From: Candidatus Poseidoniaceae archaeon
GTDB lineage: Archaea > Thermoplasmatota > Poseidoniia > Poseidoniales > Poseidoniaceae
Length of the DNA: 32,000 nucleotides
Direction of reading: 5' to 3'
Assembly (NCBI GenBank): GCA_943789275.1
Contig: CALSTM010000002.1
Location: 540,001-572,000, forward strand
Position numbers and translations under genes: made by a program. The notes beneath the pieces were generated by a model. That model made no database searches and had not been told where the DNA came from. It was given only the letters and a program-made list of their open reading frames with translations. Each line of letters opens with the position of its first letter. The first letter of the stretch is position 1. Positions 1 through 8,762 of this stretch are shown here, piece by piece.

Positions 1-2068
1 TTCGACCTTCGATGAGTGCAGACAAACCTTCGAGCGAATCAGCAGTTGAGAAAATATCAGTCAACTGGTCGAGTTCCATCTGCAATCCAGCAGACAATTC
101 GGTAGCCGAAGTAGCGTCAATCAAATCACTGGCCATCTTCAAGGCAATTGGTGCGGTTCGAGAGAGAGATTTCAATTGACGTGAAACGATCTTATCCTCG
201 GAGTCAAAACCTTCTGGACATGCTCCGTTCATGATGGATGCCATGTTCTCATCGCTGTAAAACGAGGCAGCAAAAGCGGCTGCTGGACTGGAAGGATTCG
301 TAGGTGCACCGGGGTATTTGTTGTCCGGTTTACCGGCCGAGGCTAATTCTGCAACGCAGGAATCAACCGAAGCCACATCAACCAAGTGGGTGAGAAGACC
401 AAGGTCGTATCCAGTTTGTGCATCCATGAAATTACCAGCGAGAACAGACCAGCGTGCAGCGGGAATGCCGCAAATTCGAGCAGGCCGTTGTGTACCGCCC
501 AATCCAGGGTAAATGCCGATGGAGGTCTCTGGGAAACGGAACTGTGTACGTCGGGTGCCGATTCGATAGTCGCAAGCAAGAGCCAATTCCAAACCACCGC
601 CAAGAGCAAGACCTGTCGTCAAAGCTACAGTAGTCTTCTCTGATGATTCCAATTTGTTGAGCATGGTGTGACCATCAGCGGTAAACGTGACAATGTCCGG
701 AATTGATTCCGCTCTGATTTTATCAACGAAAAACTTGACATCTGCACCTGCAACAAACGCTTTGCCAGCTCCGTCGAGCACAATGGTGTGAACTTCTGCA
801 TCTGCATTGACCAGGTCAAGAGCATCGTTCAGTTGTCCAACGACCGTTTCATTGAGCGCATTCATGGCTTCGGGTCGATTGATGGTGAGCGTAGCCACTC
901 CAGATTCGATGCTTACATCGACGTACGAGAAGTTCCATCCTTGATTCGCTTGCGCTTGCTTGGAAAAGTATTCAGGAACGGTCCATGAACGCTCAGGGTC
1001 GCTTTCAGCACTCAAATCAGCGTAGGCTTGTGCCATACGATGTGCTTCTTGAATCCCAACACGGTTCATCATTTCGAAAGGTCCTCGCGCCCAGCGTAGT
1101 CCAACTTTCGCCCCGCGGTCCACATCTTCCATCGAACAAACGCCTTCTTCGACAATTTGTGCTGCCACGCCAAAGACGACGCCGTAGAGTCGCTCTGCGA
1201 CTGCAGCGTACTGTTCAGGAGTGTATGCTTGATCGCCAGATACATCCCAGTGCTCATTCGCTTCAATGAGGTTCCGTAGGTTTTGAGCACCGGTGTAGCG
1301 AGGGGTGTGGAGTTGCTCAGCAAGATAATCTGTAGAATGCAGAGCAATCGGTGGGCCTGTGAGGTTCATGAGGCCAAACGGCCCTAGGCCTATCCGGAAC
1401 GCCTTGCATGCTGCAGCATCAATTTGTGCGGCAGTGGCAACGCCTTCTTCGAGCAATAAACATGCTTCATTGAGCCACGGAACAAAGAATCGATTGACTA
1501 CAAATCCCGGTCGGTCTCCACAAACAATGACGACTTTACCCAGCATCTTACAGTATTGAACGACCTTTTCAACGGTTTCAGCGCTTGATGCCTGAGCTGG
1601 AATCACTTCTACCAATCGGTTCTTTGCCGGGTGATAAAAGAAGTGCAATCCAACGAATCGGTCCGCTCGACCCGTTGCTTCAGCAAGGGCATTCACGGAA
1701 AGCGAAGACGTGTTGGAGGCAAGGATTGTTTCAGGACCGCAAGCGGAGTCCAATGTGTTGAAGACTGCAGTTTTGATGTCAAAGTCTTCGAACACTGCCT
1801 CGATAACGAGGTCGGTGTTTGCGGCTGTGTTTTCTACGCCAACAACTCCCGTAATTCGACCTTGGATCGCCTCGACTTGAGCCGGCGAAAAAATGCGCCG
1901 TTCTACAGCCTCAGAGAGGAAATCACGAATGATGCCTTGCCCGCGGTCGACCCACTGTTGCTCTCTGTCAACCATCTGGACGTCGAATTCTTCCTGAGCC
2001 GTTTTCTGAGCGATACCGGAACCCATGTTCCCCGCACCGACGATTGCTACACGCTGAATAGGTTGCAT
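1..2068 (-). CDS. bifunctional 3-hydroxyacyl-CoA dehydrogenase / enoyl-CoA hydratase (dehydrogenase half N-terminal); 3' end runs off the left window edge
   Basis: Absent from the supplied ORF track, presumably because there is no stop inside the window. Hand translation of the minus strand from ATG at 2068 gives MQPIQRVAIVGAGNMGSGIAQK (Rossmann GxGxxG), RFVGLHFFYHPAKNRLVEVI and GFVVNRF (3HCDH-like). The crotonase half follows: LTINRPEAMNALN, KAFVAGADVKFF, GLALGGGLELALACDYRI, FPETSIGIYPGLGGTQR, ending ...DSLEGLSALIEGR still open at base 2. Confidence 0.85.
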   Translation of the reverse strand, partial: MQPIQRVAIVGAGNMGSGIAQKTAQEEFDVQMVDREQQWVDRGQGIIRDFLSEAVERRIFSPAQVEAIQGRITGVVGVENTAANTDLVIEAVFEDFDIKTAVFNTLDSACGPETILASNTSSLSVNALAEATGRADRFVGLHFFYHPAKNRLVEVIPAQASSAETVEKVVQYCKMLGKVVIVCGDRPGFVVNRFFVPWLNEACLLLEEGVATAAQIDAAACKAFRIGLGPFGLMNLTGPPIALHSTDYLAEQLHTPRYTGAQNLRNLIEANEHWDVSGDQAYTPEQYAAVAERLYGVVFGVAAQIVEEGVCSMEDVDRGAKVGLRWARGPFEMMNRVGIQEAHRMAQAYADLSAESDPERSWTVPEYFSKQAQANQGWNFSYVDVSIESGVATLTINRPEAMNALNETVVGQLNDALDLVNADAEVHTIVLDGAGKAFVAGADVKFFVDKIRAESIPDIVTFTADGHTMLNKLESSEKTTVALTTGLALGGGLELALACDYRIGTRRTQFRFPETSIGIYPGLGGTQRPARICGIPAARWSVLAGNFMDAQTGYDLGLLTHLVDVASVDSCVAELASAGKPDNKYPGAPTNPSSPAAAFAASFYSDENMASIMNGACPEGFDSEDKIVSRQLKSLSRTAPIALKMASDLIDATSATELSAGLQMELDQLTDIFSTADSLEGLSALIEGR

Positions 2069-2158
2069 GGCAGTGCCAGTAAAACGCCACCCATGAATAC
2101 TCCGCTCAGAAGTTCTCGCTGTTCTGTTGTGCAGCGATTGCAGTATGCAGGGACATAG

Positions 2159-2168
2159 ATTAAAAATA
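2159..2168 (+). promoter_or_regulatory. TATA-box-like element (ATTAAAAATA) upstream of the 2188 ORF
   Basis: AT-rich octamer centred about 24 nt upstream of the GTG at 2188, with no Shine-Dalgarno in between. The spacing fits an archaeal TATA box and a leaderless or near-leaderless transcript. Confidence 0.3.
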
Positions 2169-2187
2169 GACTCCTACAAGAAATTCT

Positions 2188-2766
2188 GTGGAACAAGAAA
2201 CGCATGCTGCTCAATATCAAGAAAAAGGAGAGTATCCTTTTATTGAAAAAGTATTCATTTCCATTTTTCTTGTTCCTCTGTTGGTGTTTTCCATCGTTTT
2301 TCCTTTGACATCAATTGCAGATGTGATTCAAACTGGGAGACGAGAAATGGTTCTTGGTATTTTAGGCACCATCTGTATTGGTCCATTTTACGCCATCATA
2401 CCTTACCTCTTTTTTACAACTCAACGTGGACTGCTACGCAAGTATGTGATTCAAATCGATAAAGACCGTGACACATTGGAACTTCAGTCCACCTTTTTTG
2501 GAAAAATTGATCAAACTTTTGAACACAAATTGTCCGAAGTCAAGAAGGTGAAAATGAGTAATGTCCAAGATACCGACGGTGAAGGAAGTTCAAGTAGGAT
2601 ATGGATTCAAGGAAGCACTTTATGGGGGGAAGATTGGGAACTTGAAATCACAGTATTCTATAATAATTCCAAAGAAAGAGGATGGAAAAATAAATTTCAA
2701 GATACTGCTCAAAGGTTTGCTGCAGTTCTCGGGGTGGAAGAGGATTCAGAAAAGATACGGACATAA
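2188..2766 (+). CDS. hypothetical membrane protein (2 TM helices plus a soluble C-terminal domain)
   Basis: ORF track; GTG start, and the next in-frame ATG would remove helix 1. Hydrophobic helices FISIFLVPLLVFSIVFPL and VLGILGTICIGPFYAIIPYLFF. No family recognised. Lies in low-GC DNA (23/60 GC in line 2281). Confidence 0.45.
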   Translation: MEQETHAAQYQEKGEYPFIEKVFISIFLVPLLVFSIVFPLTSIADVIQTGRREMVLGILGTICIGPFYAIIPYLFFTTQRGLLRKYVIQIDKDRDTLELQSTFFGKIDQTFEHKLSEVKKVKMSNVQDTDGEGSSSRIWIQGSTLWGEDWELEITVFYNNSKERGWKNKFQDTAQRFAAVLGVEEDSEKIRT

Positions 2767-2878
2767 TAATGCGAACTTCTACCAATTACTTGGAGATTTG
2801 AGCATCGGGCCTTTTTACGGCATTTATGAGGTGTATGGGCGTCCCCAAAGGTAATTACCGCCTGAGGTTGAGCGATAA

Positions 2879-3070
2879 GTGGTGATGGGGTTGACTGAAC
2901 GACATATCCTCTTCATTCCCTCGTGGTATCCGAGTTCAGACGCCCCGCTTTTGGGCACCTTCTTTCAAGAGCAGGCAGAGATGTTTGCAGAAATCGGTCC
3001 CAAAGTCGGTTTTCTTCGTCGGGAGGAAGATACAGCATTGTTCCAAATACCCATGAAATGGCACCCATGA
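2879..3070 (+). pseudogene. truncated N-terminal remnant of a GT4-like glycosyltransferase
   Basis: The 63-codon ORF ...HILFIPSWYPSSDAPLLGTFFQEQAEMFAEIGPKVGFL... resembles the first strand/helix of GT4-type enzymes but stops after 63 codons. The rest of a roughly 350-400 aa enzyme is missing. It is followed immediately by the low-GC cassette at 3157-5174. Confidence 0.4.
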
Positions 3071-3156
3071 ATGTGGTGTTGCCCACCACAATTCATTCAT
3101 GCCGTCTCCCGCGAAAGAATGAGATCTGCATCTGTTGTACATCAAAATAGTAAAGT

Positions 3157-3957
3157 CTAGTTTTGTGGAGTTGCAATTAAGACAACAGATATACCGTGTC
3201 TTGATGGCATTCTTCTTCTCTTTTGGCTCCCGATAATTGCCATGAATTTATTGTAAGTCCTCGATAGAATATCCATCCTCTGTTCTTCACCAATCATGTG
3301 TACTTTTTCGACTTTGAATCCTGCGGCTGTGGTTAATCGAGCTATTGTGTAAGGACTGAACCAGAATCTGTGATCTGAATTGATATTCTCAACTCCATTT
3401 CTCCATGCCCTTCGTGCAACACTTGAGAAAGCATTTGGAACTGTAATGATGATTCTATCATAGAGGTGCCCTAATGTCTCATTCAGATGTGTTAGGAATT
3501 GACCAGGGTTGTCTAAATGTTCCACTACCTCGGCTAGGAGAGCAAAATCATAGTGGCGCCCTTCTGAGAAGTTTTCAGTCTCACTGTGGACTTCAAGGAT
3601 ATCACAAATATGGAGGTCAGGGATGTCGTACTTTCCTTGTAAATGTTCAATTGCTTCGACATTGATATCGATACCGGTAACATTTTTTGATTTTTTAATA
3701 AGGGCACTATGTAGGTGTTTTCCTGCTGCAATCTTTGCATCGATTACATCTAGATGATCGGCGCAACCGATGTGAAGAACCGTCTTGCTTTCAAGTAATG
3801 AGCCAAGAAATGTAACACGATCGGTTGGGGTTTTAACATCTACATGGGAGATTGGAAATGAGAGATTACTATCCAGAGTTTCTCCAGTGAGAAATGGGCG
3901 AATTCCATCGAAATGAGATTCTTGCATAAGGTGGGCTCCTCTTAAGACATATTTCAT
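3157..3957 (-). CDS. class I SAM-dependent methyltransferase
   Basis: ATG at 3957. Motif I-like VLHIGCADH, post-I GIDIN, and LLAEVVEHL typical of the Methyltransf_11/23 type. Its start overlaps the stop of the upstream glycosyltransferase (TAATG), which suggests coupling. Confidence 0.8.
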   Translation of the reverse strand: MKYVLRGAHLMQESHFDGIRPFLTGETLDSNLSFPISHVDVKTPTDRVTFLGSLLESKTVLHIGCADHLDVIDAKIAAGKHLHSALIKKSKNVTGIDINVEAIEHLQGKYDIPDLHICDILEVHSETENFSEGRHYDFALLAEVVEHLDNPGQFLTHLNETLGHLYDRIIITVPNAFSSVARRAWRNGVENINSDHRFWFSPYTIARLTTAAGFKVEKVHMIGEEQRMDILSRTYNKFMAIIGSQKRRRMPSRHGISVVLIATPQN

Positions 3958-5174
3958 TATGCCTTTCCAATCTCATTTGTAATTTCATCAATGATCGAGG
4001 TGAATTTTTGAGCATTTTTTGTTGAGTCGAAGTTTTCTAATTGGATCCTGTTCACTTTTTCTCTAATTTGTGAGTCTTCGGACCATTCGTTGATAATTTT
4101 GGCAATATCTTCAGAGTTGGAATCCGGTGGAATAATGTGTTTTTCCAATACAATCTCATTGTTACCACCCACATCCGTTGCAACAACAGGAATACCATGG
4201 GAATAAGCTTCCATAATCGACACTGGAACTCCTTCAGATGAGCTGGTGTTCAACATCAAATCAATCGGTTCTGTCTTCAAGTATTGAAGAACGGAACTAT
4301 GTGGCAAATTTCCTAGAAACTCTACTTCAATATGGGGTGGGAGATTCGTCAAATAAGTCATGATATTGTTTCTTTCAGGACCGTCCCCAATGTGAGTCCA
4401 ACGAATTTTTCGTGTAATATAGGGCATGGCTTGTGCTATGAGTTGTACACGTTTTACTTCAACAAGTGAGCTTAAAGATAGTATGTGAAGAGTTTCTGTT
4501 GTGTTTTTTGGATTTTTGATATCTGAAGAAACAACACCCAAACGATGTGTTTGAATTCGATTATGAAATTCAGGAAATTGAGATTTCAAGTGATCCCTTC
4601 CAGCATCGGAAACAGAGAGAATCCTGTCTAAGCGACAGAGGGCCCATTCCTGTAATGGGAGGTGAGGGTAGTTTGCTCTCGATGCATAAATGTCACCTCC
4701 ATGGGCAAAAGAGATGGTTCTGATTTCGGGGTGATCCTCAGTAAGAAGGGCTGCAACAGTTGCTGGACGGTTTGCCCAATATGCAACAATTATGTCATTA
4801 TTTGAGAGGGTAATTGTTTGAGCAATTGAATCCTTTAGGAGAAGAGATTGGGCTAATTCTCCAATGATGATCGACCATGGAAGTGATGGTTTTCTCGATC
4901 TTTCGGAACGAAGGATATCGAGTCGAGTTAGACCTTTGATGGCGCGTCTAAATTTACCCCAACGATTCCATTTCTTAACAGCCAATGTAACTGGCTTAAT
5001 ATTGACATTAATCTTTGATGAAATTAAATAAAATTCGGATGATTCTTCAAAACTTAGTCCCACAGGAATTACAATAATTTCGTCAATGTGTTTCGATAAC
5101 GCTTCAAGATCTGATGTAAGGAACGTCTCTCCAGGAGGGTAGGGCCAATGATTGGTCAGAAAAATGAGTCTCAT
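3957..5174 (-). CDS. glycosyltransferase, GT4-like (GT-B fold)
   Basis: ATG at 5174. C-terminal domain signature NTSSSEGVPVSIMEAYSHGIPVVATDVGGNNEIV (E-x7-E region). Very low GC (19/60 and 20/60 in two spot-counted lines). Confidence 0.85.
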   Translation of the reverse strand: MRLIFLTNHWPYPPGETFLTSDLEALSKHIDEIIVIPVGLSFEESSEFYLISSKINVNIKPVTLAVKKWNRWGKFRRAIKGLTRLDILRSERSRKPSLPWSIIIGELAQSLLLKDSIAQTITLSNNDIIVAYWANRPATVAALLTEDHPEIRTISFAHGGDIYASRANYPHLPLQEWALCRLDRILSVSDAGRDHLKSQFPEFHNRIQTHRLGVVSSDIKNPKNTTETLHILSLSSLVEVKRVQLIAQAMPYITRKIRWTHIGDGPERNNIMTYLTNLPPHIEVEFLGNLPHSSVLQYLKTEPIDLMLNTSSSEGVPVSIMEAYSHGIPVVATDVGGNNEIVLEKHIIPPDSNSEDIAKIINEWSEDSQIREKVNRIQLENFDSTKNAQKFTSIIDEITNEIGKA

Positions 5175-5488
5175 GCTTCCATCAACCCTTCCTCTCTTCC
5201 GTAGATGAACGGTTGTGTTCTTGAGTCACTGACTGCGAATCGTGTGTGAGATTGACGCCCATCTTCATCACCAACGCCGAAGCGTTCTTATTTTTTCCTA
5301 AAACGCTAAACATAAGAAAGTAATGTGCTAATTCATACCAAATGTCAGAATTTAAACGAATGTTGTATGGTAGTCGCAGACGCGTGACATCACGCTATCA
5401 AGCGAACGTTCGGTTTTCTTCGTGGTAAGGACGGTTGGTCCGACAGAGTTCGCTGACGCACACAGGAAGACAAGCCACAATCCACCGA

Positions 5489-6499
5489 TTATCGGTCGTT
5501 CAATAGGCCTTCGAGCCCGCTTCGAAATGCTGCGATGGAGCGCCTATGGTCAACCATTTGTGTGTGCTTGCGCGCCAATGCACCGTAGCGCTCACGGTCG
5601 TCGTACACGGCCCTCAAGGCTTCGATGACAGCATCAGCGTCATGGCCGTCGTCCACCAAGATGCCCCCTTCGCCCAGGGCTTCCTTTTGCGAGCCCACGT
5701 CCGACGTCACGCTTGGCACCCCGAACAAACCTGCTTCGCCGATGACCCGACCCCAAGAACCGGTCGTCTCGAAAAGAATGAGGTGAAGATCGATGCTGGC
5801 GAAGAAGACCGCTGCATCTACATGGCCGACGACGCGAGCATTCGGGTGGTGAGCGAGTTCCTGCGGATATGCACTGCCCCCTGCAATGTGAACTTCAGCC
5901 TCCGGCCAAAGCTCAAGCAATCTCGGCAGAAGGCGTTGATACATCCGCAACCCCTTCTCAGGGGTAACGACCATGATGCCTATGGTGGGTGGTGCTCCTT
6001 CTGGTCGCTTTGCCTGCTCGGCGGAGCGTAAGGCGTTGACATCATCCATGCTCCCAAAGCGACCACCGAAATCGATTGGCAGCGGTACGCTGTGGCCTTT
6101 TTGAATGGCAAATCGAGATCGGATGTCGGTGAGCAAACCTTCTCCAGCCGCACACACGAGGGCTGCACCCTCCATCACGGGTCGAAACCGTTCTTCGAGA
6201 CGGAACACAGTGTCGTCGCGGACGAACATGATGTAAGGCATGCCACGGGCTGTGAACGCTTCTGCAGCACCTGGTGCCCATTCGAGTTGGGTCAATCCGA
6301 TGCCACCTTCGTGCTCCTGCTTGTCCAACCATGTTCCGACACGAGCAGCAAACTGAGAACTACGCCGACCGATGTGCCGGTCATGGGCCCACTTTCTGCG
6401 TCTCATCTCACCCTTTCGTTCCCGCAAGCCCCAGGCCACCTTCGACCAGAAACCTTCGATGGGAAGATCCGTGGTGGAGAAGTCCACTTCGCGGCTCAA
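5489..6499 (-). CDS. glycosyltransferase-like GT-B protein; 5' region possibly frameshifted
   Basis: C-terminal domain IGIMVVTPEKG...HIAGG...LFETTGSWGRVIGEAGLFGVPSVTSDVGSQKEALGEGGILV. The track start is TTG. A typical GT4 N-terminus (MSTRRLFAAVRDLDPPGGGAERSLAA) lies upstream at 6724-6644 in the same frame but is separated by stops. High GC (37/60, 33/60, 43/60 in spot lines). Confidence 0.55.
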   Translation of the reverse strand: MSREVDFSTTDLPIEGFWSKVAWGLRERKGEMRRRKWAHDRHIGRRSSQFAARVGTWLDKQEHEGGIGLTQLEWAPGAAEAFTARGMPYIMFVRDDTVFRLEERFRPVMEGAALVCAAGEGLLTDIRSRFAIQKGHSVPLPIDFGGRFGSMDDVNALRSAEQAKRPEGAPPTIGIMVVTPEKGLRMYQRLLPRLLELWPEAEVHIAGGSAYPQELAHHPNARVVGHVDAAVFFASIDLHLILFETTGSWGRVIGEAGLFGVPSVTSDVGSQKEALGEGGILVDDGHDADAVIEALRAVYDDRERYGALARKHTQMVDHRRSIAAFRSGLEGLLNDR

Positions 6500-6941
6500 G
6501 CAAACCGATTTGTTCGCCTAGATCGCTGCTTGCAAACGCGCAGACCGTCCACGCAGGATGCGTTGGAGCATCCGCAGCGGGTGACATTGGTACGAATGTT
6601 GGTGCGGTTTCGAGCGTTGGCCCAGGCACCGCAATACCGTTCAGCAGGCCGCCAGGGAACGCTCTGCGCCACCTCCAGGTGGATCAAGGTCCCGCACTGC
6701 GGCGAAGAGGCGGCGGGTGCTCATGCCCTTGCCTTCGCTCCGACCCCTTTGACCGTTGTGGTCCTTGCATAGCCTAACGTCGAACAAGACCCACTGCGAG
6801 CCCTTTGATTTGTCAATATCAGAGCAATAGGTCAGCGGATCGACCCTCTGAAGCTATCCGAAAGCGATGATACCGAGCAAAGAAATCTCACGCCCAAGCC
6901 TCTGTTCGTCTGTTGAGTGCTTCCTCACCTGAGCGTATTGT

Positions 6942-8111
6942 TCACAGGGAATCGTAAACTTCAGCCATGCGATTGCAAAACCGACTTTGGTCAAACCGTG
7001 TTGCGTATTCGATGAGTCCCGTGCGGGGTTTCGGCCAAGTATGCTCTTCATCGGCCTTGGTTCTGTTTTTCCAATTCGAAAAAACCGCAAGAATGGCTTC
7101 TCTCCAGGCCTCGATGTCGTCAGCAGGGAGACACGTCTCATCTGGCATCAGTTCATTGTGAGATGGAAGATTGGAACAAAGCACTGGCGTTCCACAAGCC
7201 ATTGCTTCTAAGGGTGGATATCCAAATCCTTCACTGGCGCTAGGGAAAAGCAGTGCTTCACTGGCAAATCGCATCTGCATCAAAGCTTCACTGGACACAT
7301 CACCGCCGTGTGATGTCCAATTTAGGACGTTGTTTGCACGTGCATGAATGGAGGCAGATGGACCACCGTATGGGCAATGTTCGTTGCCCACATGATGGAT
7401 GTGTATGTTTTCTTTCACATCCTTTTCAAGTCCCCCTAAGACCTGACACAAGAACTCCAGGCGCTTACGAGGTGCGTGACTTCCAACGATAAGCAGATGG
7501 CATTTCTTCGAGAAATTTCGAGCTGGGGAAAGAACTTCGCCGCTTTCCTGTGAGACTGGAGCGAAGGATGGAACTCGTAGGCCGAGTGGCACGCACACTG
7601 ATTTGACCTTCGGGAAATGTTCTTTGCAAGCGGACAAAGTCGCTTGTGAATCACACACCAACAGGTCTGCTCGGGAAAGGCCGTCACGTAATTTTTGCAA
7701 ATCTTTACGACGGAACCATCCGGGATTCTGTTCGCCAACATCAATCGTTTCATTCCCAATTCGAATTTGTTGTGGGAAAAGATGGAATAAATCATGTACG
7801 GTAACAACGGTTGGCACAGAACAGTTCTCTGGAATGAGATGGGCTTGTTCTTGATCGGTGATGTGAAGGAGGTTCAGTCCATGTTCACCCCGAGTCTTTT
7901 TCTCAACTTTTTTCGGATGCGAAAACCATCGCTTGTACAAGCGCGAGAGAGGATTCATTCGACGACGAAGAGGATATTCACAGACCTCTTGTGTGGACCA
8001 CCCTGCAATCTCTCCGCTGACGAGGGACGTAACGAGGTTGTGATGAGCCCCCCCAATGCCAGTATTACTGGCTAAGGCGCCGCCTCGAACGAGCAACACC
8101 TGTTTGGGCAT
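6942..8111 (-). CDS. glycosyltransferase, GT4-like
   Basis: Signature LLFPSASEGFGYPPLEAMACGTPVLCSNLPSHNELM. I prefer ATG at 8111 (MPKQVLLVRGGALASNTGIGGAHH, a typical strand-1/Gly-loop start) over the track's TTG at 8153. Confidence 0.85.
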   Translation of the reverse strand: MPKQVLLVRGGALASNTGIGGAHHNLVTSLVSGEIAGWSTQEVCEYPLRRRMNPLSRLYKRWFSHPKKVEKKTRGEHGLNLLHITDQEQAHLIPENCSVPTVVTVHDLFHLFPQQIRIGNETIDVGEQNPGWFRRKDLQKLRDGLSRADLLVCDSQATLSACKEHFPKVKSVCVPLGLRVPSFAPVSQESGEVLSPARNFSKKCHLLIVGSHAPRKRLEFLCQVLGGLEKDVKENIHIHHVGNEHCPYGGPSASIHARANNVLNWTSHGGDVSSEALMQMRFASEALLFPSASEGFGYPPLEAMACGTPVLCSNLPSHNELMPDETCLPADDIEAWREAILAVFSNWKNRTKADEEHTWPKPRTGLIEYATRFDQSRFCNRMAEVYDSL

Positions 8112-8241
8112 GCGTAAGCGTAGCGGCGAGACTTCTTGAAAGGTGAGACTCAAAGTTCGCTCATGCTTCAGTTTAATTTCGTAATCCAGTGTTAAAATGG
8201 AATTAAGTAGTCGGACGAATAGCCTCGTACGGGATGAGTAG

Positions 8242-8706
8242 ATGTCAACACCACCGCTTCGAGTTTCACGAGATGATTACAACGATGTCAGGAGTTCAAT
8301 CGAAAACGCCATATCACTCGGTGGTGATATCCGAGGAATTCTTGAATCTCAGAAAGAATTGAACCCAACCAATGATTTGCACAATGAAGTGTGCAGGGCT
8401 GGAGAGGCACTCAGCGTATTTGGATCACGGTGGACCATTGAAATTCTCTCGGCCTTGTACATTGCTGGACCACGTCGATTCAACCAAATGAAGAATCTCC
8501 TCGAAGGAATTTCTTCTCGAACACTTTCCGATAAACTGCGCTATCTCGCCGATGAAGGACTGGTTCACAGACAAGTCACTGAAGGTCCACCAATACGAGT
8601 GTCCTACCGCCTCACCGAACACGGTCGAACGTGTGGCCGTCTGCTTTCGCCGCTTGTGGCCCATCTGAAGATTCATCTTGGAACCGTCGTCGCTCAAGAC
8701 GAGTGA
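8242..8706 (+). CDS. HxlR-family winged-helix transcriptional regulator
   Basis: ATG at 8242. FGSRWTIEILSALYIAGPRRFNQMKNLLEGISSRTLSDKLRYLADEGLVHRQVTEGPPIRVSYRLTEHG matches the HxlR pattern (W..IL..L....RF.....I.GIS...L...L..L...GLV.R.......V.Y.LT..G). It also has an N-terminal extension of about 55 aa. Confidence 0.85.
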   Translation: MSTPPLRVSRDDYNDVRSSIENAISLGGDIRGILESQKELNPTNDLHNEVCRAGEALSVFGSRWTIEILSALYIAGPRRFNQMKNLLEGISSRTLSDKLRYLADEGLVHRQVTEGPPIRVSYRLTEHGRTCGRLLSPLVAHLKIHLGTVVAQDE

Positions 8707-8762
8707 CCCGTTCCCAAACACGAAAGGGATGGATTAAGAAAGGAGAACGCTGAGTTCGCTTT

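Noticed and set aside
2561-2854. 97-aa plus-strand ORF overlapping the 3' end of 2188..2766
   Set aside because: It is an alternative frame in AT-rich DNA. The 192-aa frame has coherent TM helices and a longer open frame, so only one can reasonably be coding.
5281-5312. Inverted repeat AGCGTT-(15 nt T-rich loop)-AACGCT in the 314-bp spacer at the low-GC/high-GC junction
   Set aside because: The stem is only 6 bp with a large loop. The T-run is on the strand with no upstream gene. This is not enough to call a terminator or an att site.
5546-6777. Plus-strand ORFs of 161, 226 and 167 aa in the high-GC block
   Set aside because: Long stop-free frames are expected by chance in 55-70% GC DNA. 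The translations are Arg/Pro/Cys-rich nonsense, and the opposite strand carries a recognisable glycosyltransferase.
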